Of a stretch of 10,644 nt of DNA, positions 7,346-10,644 are shown one piece after another. A program made the position numbers and the translations under genes. Under the pieces are notes generated by a model. The model was not told the DNA's origin. It made no database searches and saw only the letters and a list, made by a program, of their open reading frames with translations. Source of the stretch: Chlamydiota bacterium (GTDB lineage: Bacteria > Auribacterota > Tritonobacteria > UBA1439); contig JBAXOY010000102.1 of assembly GCA_037133055.1 (NCBI GenBank), positions 1-10,644 on the forward strand, given 5' to 3'. Every line of letters starts with the position of its first letter. Positions within the stretch are counted from its first letter, which is position 1.

Positions 7346-7374
7346 ATGGTGCCAGAACCATGTGCGCGTGTCAA
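7346..7374 (-). promoter_or_regulatory. Possible sigma70-type promoter for paralogue A
   Basis: Minus strand: perfect TTGACA (7374-7369), 17-nt spacer ending TGG (extended -10 TGn), then a weak -10 CACCAT (7351-7346). It sits between the terminator and the ATG at 7290. Confidence 0.35.
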
Positions 7375-7430
7375 ACAGGAAAAGGCGACATGTAGTTACA
7401 CGCGAGGGAAACGCGGGGGAATATCGGGCG

Positions 7431-7463
7431 GGAAGAAGCAGGGGGGCCCTGCGGCCCCCCTGC
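7431..7463 (-). terminator. Probable intrinsic terminator downstream of paralogue B
   Basis: Perfect 11-bp inverted repeat GCAGGGGGGCC (7438-7448) / GGCCCCCCTGC (7453-7463) with a 4-nt loop, followed on the minus strand by TTCTTCC. It lies 35 nt after the paralogue B stop. The U-tract is imperfect. Confidence 0.7.
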
Positions 7464-7498
7464 GTGTGCGGGTAACTGCCCGACGCCGCGGGTATCGC

Positions 7499-9070
7499 TT
7501 ACTCGACGATCAGGGTTTTTCTGTCGACGGTCCCGATGTACTGCCCGGTCGCCGCGTCGATCGCGCCGCCCTCGAGATAATACGTCCCGTCGTCGGCACT
7601 GAACGGCATGGTGAGGATCGGATAGTCCCATATCGGCGCCGTCACGGTGGTGGTCCCGGGGAAGCCGAGATACGGCGTCGGCGAAGCCCTGAGCCCCTTC
7701 CCCCGCTCGTAGTAGAGCGTCTGCCCGTCCGGCGTGACGATCCGCACGAACAGGTAGCACGAGGTGGTGATGACGGATATGTTCGCCCTGACCGCGATCC
7801 AGTCGTTCATGAAGAACGTGGACTTGTTCACCGCCAGATCGACCGGGGGCGCCGGCGGGACGGCATACGAGTAGACGACGCCCATATCCTCCGCCCCACC
7901 CAGCAGCGCCGCGCCGTACAGCGTGCCGTTCGCGAGGAGAAGCGTCCCCGTCGGGAACGATCCGGTGCCCTGGATTACGCCGTCAAAGCGGTAGAGCTCG
8001 GTGTAGCCGGTGCCGTCGGTGTTCAGCGCGAAGATGGTGCCCGGGTCCACGTCTCCGACAAGGGATCGCGCCGTTCCAAGTCCCATCAGGGTGAAGGTGG
8101 TGCCGTAAAGCGTGGTGCCGTCCATTGCCAGGCCGCTGCAGTAGAGGGATCTGAAGGGCCTCGTTTTTACGGGAGACGGCGCGGCGCCGGAATCGAATGT
8201 GCGCAGGGTCTGGAAGTTCGCTCCATCCTTGTCGACGGCAAAAACGGTTCCTCCCGTGGCGTACCCGTAATAGAACCCGCCAACGGACCCCGTCATGCCG
8301 TAGAGACGGCTCCCGTCCGAAACGAGTCCTCCCACCGGCTGCGCGCCGTCAGAGCCGGAGAATTCGTGGAGGTTCGTGTGGGTGGTCCCGCCGGGCGACA
8401 TGGAGAACAGGGTCCCCGCTTCCACGTAGTACTTCCCCCCCCGCGCGGTGGCGCCGTAGAGCATTCCGTCCTCGAGGAGCAGTTTTCCCCACGGGTAGGA
8501 GCCGTCGAGCGGCGAGCCCGCGAACGTGGTGACGACGGCGTAGCCGGTGCCGTCGGTCTTGATGGAGTACGCGATGCCGTCGCCACCAAGGGTATCCACT
8601 TCCTCGATCAATCCGTACATCATGTCTCCGGACACCACCACGGGGCTTTTCTCCCCCCATGCGTCAGGGGCGAAATTGCACAGGATCGCGTAACCGCTGC
8701 CGTCCGTCTTGATGGAATAGATCGTTCCCTCATCCGATGCCCCGCCCCCGCCGGTCGTCCCGTACAGGACGCCGTCGGCCAGCGCGAGGCCGCCGTTCGG
8801 GGACGTGCCGTCAGGCGCGGGGCCGAAGCCGTGGAGGATCGCGAAGCCGCTCCCGTCGAGGTTCATGGCGTAGATGGCACCCTCGTCATCCGCTCCTCCG
8901 TCGTAGGTGGTCCCGTAGAGCTTGGAGCCGTCGGACACCACTCCCCCTGTCGGTCTTCCGCCGTCCGCCGGCTCCCCCGCGAATTCGTGGAGCACCGTGT
9001 ACGTCTGCGCGGACGCGCCCGCCGCGAGGCAGAGTGCGAGCGCCGCCGTCACCGAGATGAACGTGCGCAT
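7499..9070 (-). CDS. Secreted GloVer-type repeat protein; paralogue B, 523 aa
   Basis: ATG 9070 follows SD AAGGGAGAG. Signal peptide MRTFISVTAALALCLAAGASA|QTY, seven LYG/MYG repeats, a PPAPP linker and a 114-aa C-terminal domain (7502-7843) closely similar to paralogue A. Confidence 0.9.
   Translation of the reverse strand: MRTFISVTAALALCLAAGASAQTYTVLHEFAGEPADGGRPTGGVVSDGSKLYGTTYDGGADDEGAIYAMNLDGSGFAILHGFGPAPDGTSPNGGLALADGVLYGTTGGGGASDEGTIYSIKTDGSGYAILCNFAPDAWGEKSPVVVSGDMMYGLIEEVDTLGGDGIAYSIKTDGTGYAVVTTFAGSPLDGSYPWGKLLLEDGMLYGATARGGKYYVEAGTLFSMSPGGTTHTNLHEFSGSDGAQPVGGLVSDGSRLYGMTGSVGGFYYGYATGGTVFAVDKDGANFQTLRTFDSGAAPSPVKTRPFRSLYCSGLAMDGTTLYGTTFTLMGLGTARSLVGDVDPGTIFALNTDGTGYTELYRFDGVIQGTGSFPTGTLLLANGTLYGAALLGGAEDMGVVYSYAVPPAPPVDLAVNKSTFFMNDWIAVRANISVITTSCYLFVRIVTPDGQTLYYERGKGLRASPTPYLGFPGTTTVTAPIWDYPILTMPFSADDGTYYLEGGAIDAATGQYIGTVDRKTLIVE
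8987..9034. repeat. 48-nt exact direct repeat, copy 1 (signal peptide/mature N-terminus of paralogue B)
   Basis: gtggagcaccgtgtacgtctgcgcggacgcgcccgccgcgaggcagag is identical to 10597-10644. Confidence 0.9.
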
Positions 9071-9088
9071 GGAAACTCTCCCTTGTTT

Positions 9089-9111
9089 AAATCCCAAATC
9101 CCAAACCCCAA
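9089..9111. repeat. Short intergenic heptamer tandem repeat (AAATCCC)2 AAACCCC AA
   Basis: Read directly from the 50-nt AT-rich gap between the paralogue C stop and the paralogue B start. Confidence 0.7.
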
Positions 9112-9120
9112 CAGAGGAAA

Positions 9121-10644
9121 TTACCGTATCGTGGCGATACGCTGGACGCCGTAGCCCGCGATGGCCGCCTCGAGGCTCGGCGGCGAGCCGGCCGGGAGCA
9201 GGGCGACGATGACCGTGTACGCGCCCGCGGGCAGCCCCGTGGGCAGCGTCATGGAGAGGAGCTGCGCCGTGAACGCCGACGGGAGGCCGGGGACGTTACG
9301 CGCGAGCGGCGCGGCGCCGGGGATGAGGCGGCCCGGCTGGCCGAGGACCATCGAGTGGTACGTCCCGTCGGGACCCTGGATGACGGCCCACGCGTCGAAG
9401 CGCTGCGTGAGGGGCTGGACCGCGACGTCGATGGTCCAGAGGCTCCCCGCCGCGGGGAAGATGGTGCTCAGCGTCACCATGAGCGGCGGCGTCGGGATGA
9501 CGTACGAGAACACGACGCCCTCGCCGCCCGTCCCTCCTGCGTCCGTTATGCCGTACAGGGTGCCGTTCACGAGGAGGGGCGTCCCCATGGGATACGCGCC
9601 GGTGCCGCTGTAGAGGTTGTCGAACTGGCGGAGCGCGGTGTAGCCGGTCCCGTCGATGTTGAGGGTGAAGATGACGCCCCCGTTGAACAAGGCGCCGCTG
9701 CCGCCGTGCCCCGCGAAGCCGTAGAGCCGTTCCCCGTTCTGCACGACGTTGCCGGGCATGCCTCCGCTCGCGAAATCGAGATTGTACAGCGTCTGGAAAT
9801 CGGAACCGTCCTTATCGACGGCGAACACGGTCCCTCCGCCGTAGAAAAGAAGGCTGGTCGCGCTGCCGCCGACCGCCGTGGTGCCGTAGAGTCGGGAGCC
9901 GTCCGAGATGAGCGTGCTCGAAATCCCGGCGCCGTCCCCGAAGGAGAAGCTGTGCAGTATGCTCTGGCTGCTGCCGTCCGGGGCCAAGGAGAAGACGGTC
10001 CCATCGCCGGACAGGTACGCGCCCCCCTCGTCCGTCGTCCCGTAGAGCATACCGCCATCCAGGAGAAAGCCGGCCAGGGGATTCTCGCCGTCGGAGGGCG
10101 ACCCGGCGAAATTGTGAAACACCGTGTAGCCGGTCCCGTTGGTCTTGATCGAGAAGGCGGTGCCAAAGTAGTGCGGTAATGGGGCACCGTCCGAGAACGT
10201 GCCGCCTTCCTCGCACATGCCGTAGACCGTGTCGCTTGACATGGCGAGGGGCCCCACCGGCCTGGCGCCGTCCGGGGGGACATTGAAAGGGCGGGAATTG
10301 TACATGGTCCCGTCGGTCTTGATCCGGTAGATCGTCCCGAGGCCGAAAGCTCCCCCGCCGTACGTCGTGCCGTAAAGGATGTCCCCGTTCAACAGGGGGA
10401 GGCTGTTCGGGTTGGCGGCGGCGGCCGCATTGCCGAATTCGTGGAGGACCGTGTAGCCGCTCCCATCCATGTTCATGGAGTAGAGGATTCCCTTGTCGTT
10501 CACTCCGCCGTCGTCTGTGACCCCGTAGAGTCTGACGCCATCGGACACCACCCCCCCGACTGGATCGGACCCGTCCGTCGGCCCGCCGGCGAAGTTGTGG
10601 AGCACCGTGTACGTCTGCGCGGACGCGCCCGCCGCGAGGCAGAG
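9121..10644 (-). CDS. Secreted GloVer-type repeat protein; paralogue C, 5' end outside the window
   Basis: The frame is open to the window end and reads ...LCLAAGASA|QTYTVLHNFAGGPTDG..., so the GTG at 10605 in the ORF track is not the true start. Seven LYG/VYG repeats, a PTPP linker and a divergent 120-aa C-terminal domain (9124-9483). Stop TAA 9121-9123. Confidence 0.9.
   Translation of the reverse strand, partial: LCLAAGASAQTYTVLHNFAGGPTDGSDPVGGVVSDGVRLYGVTDDGGVNDKGILYSMNMDGSGYTVLHEFGNAAAAANPNSLPLLNGDILYGTTYGGGAFGLGTIYRIKTDGTMYNSRPFNVPPDGARPVGPLAMSSDTVYGMCEEGGTFSDGAPLPHYFGTAFSIKTNGTGYTVFHNFAGSPSDGENPLAGFLLDGGMLYGTTDEGGAYLSGDGTVFSLAPDGSSQSILHSFSFGDGAGISSTLISDGSRLYGTTAVGGSATSLLFYGGGTVFAVDKDGSDFQTLYNLDFASGGMPGNVVQNGERLYGFAGHGGSGALFNGGVIFTLNIDGTGYTALRQFDNLYSGTGAYPMGTPLLVNGTLYGITDAGGTGGEGVVFSYVIPTPPLMVTLSTIFPAAGSLWTIDVAVQPLTQRFDAWAVIQGPDGTYHSMVLGQPGRLIPGAAPLARNVPGLPSAFTAQLLSMTLPTGLPAGAYTVIVALLPAGSPPSLEAAIAGYGVQRIATIR
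10597..10644. repeat. 48-nt exact direct repeat, copy 2 (paralogue C; runs to the window end)
   Basis: Identical to 8987-9034 and may extend past the window. Confidence 0.9.

Noticed and set aside
7335..7356. Sigma54 promoter (TGGCAC on the minus strand)
   Set aside because: No GC/TTGC -12 element at the required spacing.
7291..7374. Longer ORF-track starts for paralogue A (7374) and paralogue B (9097)
   Set aside because: The ATGs at 7290 and 9070 have clear SD sequences and give canonical signal peptides.
5734..7843. Diversity-generating retroelement (TR/VR pair) between the similar 3' ends
   Set aside because: Mismatches are not adenine-specific and include an indel, both copies lie in intact genes, and no reverse transcriptase is present.
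1..10644. CRISPR array, tRNA/rRNA, IS or integrase
   Set aside because: No regularly spaced repeat-spacer units, RNA gene signatures or transposase/recombinase motifs seen. The repeats are explained by paralogous coding sequence.

Overview
GC-rich bacterial window with two convergent blocks. Plus strand (1-5696), probably one operon: the C-terminus of an AarF/UbiB (ABC1) family protein, a membrane-anchored M90 (MtfA-like) zinc peptidase, a signal-peptide-bearing uncharacterised protein with atypical kinase motifs (Gly-rich loop, D-x4-N loop, DFG, but no obvious beta3 Lys), and a 1051-aa NTT (Npt1/Npt2, TLC) nucleotide transporter fused to HEAT repeats and a cNMP-binding domain. Minus strand (5734-10644): three tandem paralogous secreted proteins, each with 7 GloVer-type (TIGR03803-like) repeats, probably a beta-propeller, then a Pro linker and a ~115-120 aa C-terminal beta domain; the third is truncated by the window end. 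The best hypothesis, which is inference, is a module in which a cNMP-regulated nucleotide antiporter supplies ATP to an exported kinase-like enzyme. Other signals: mini-ORFs that overlap both neighbouring genes at two consecutive junctions, an in-frame internal SD+GTG at the cNMP domain, and mosaic propeller paralogues with divergent C-terminal domains. Family calls come from motif recognition by eye; no searches were run.
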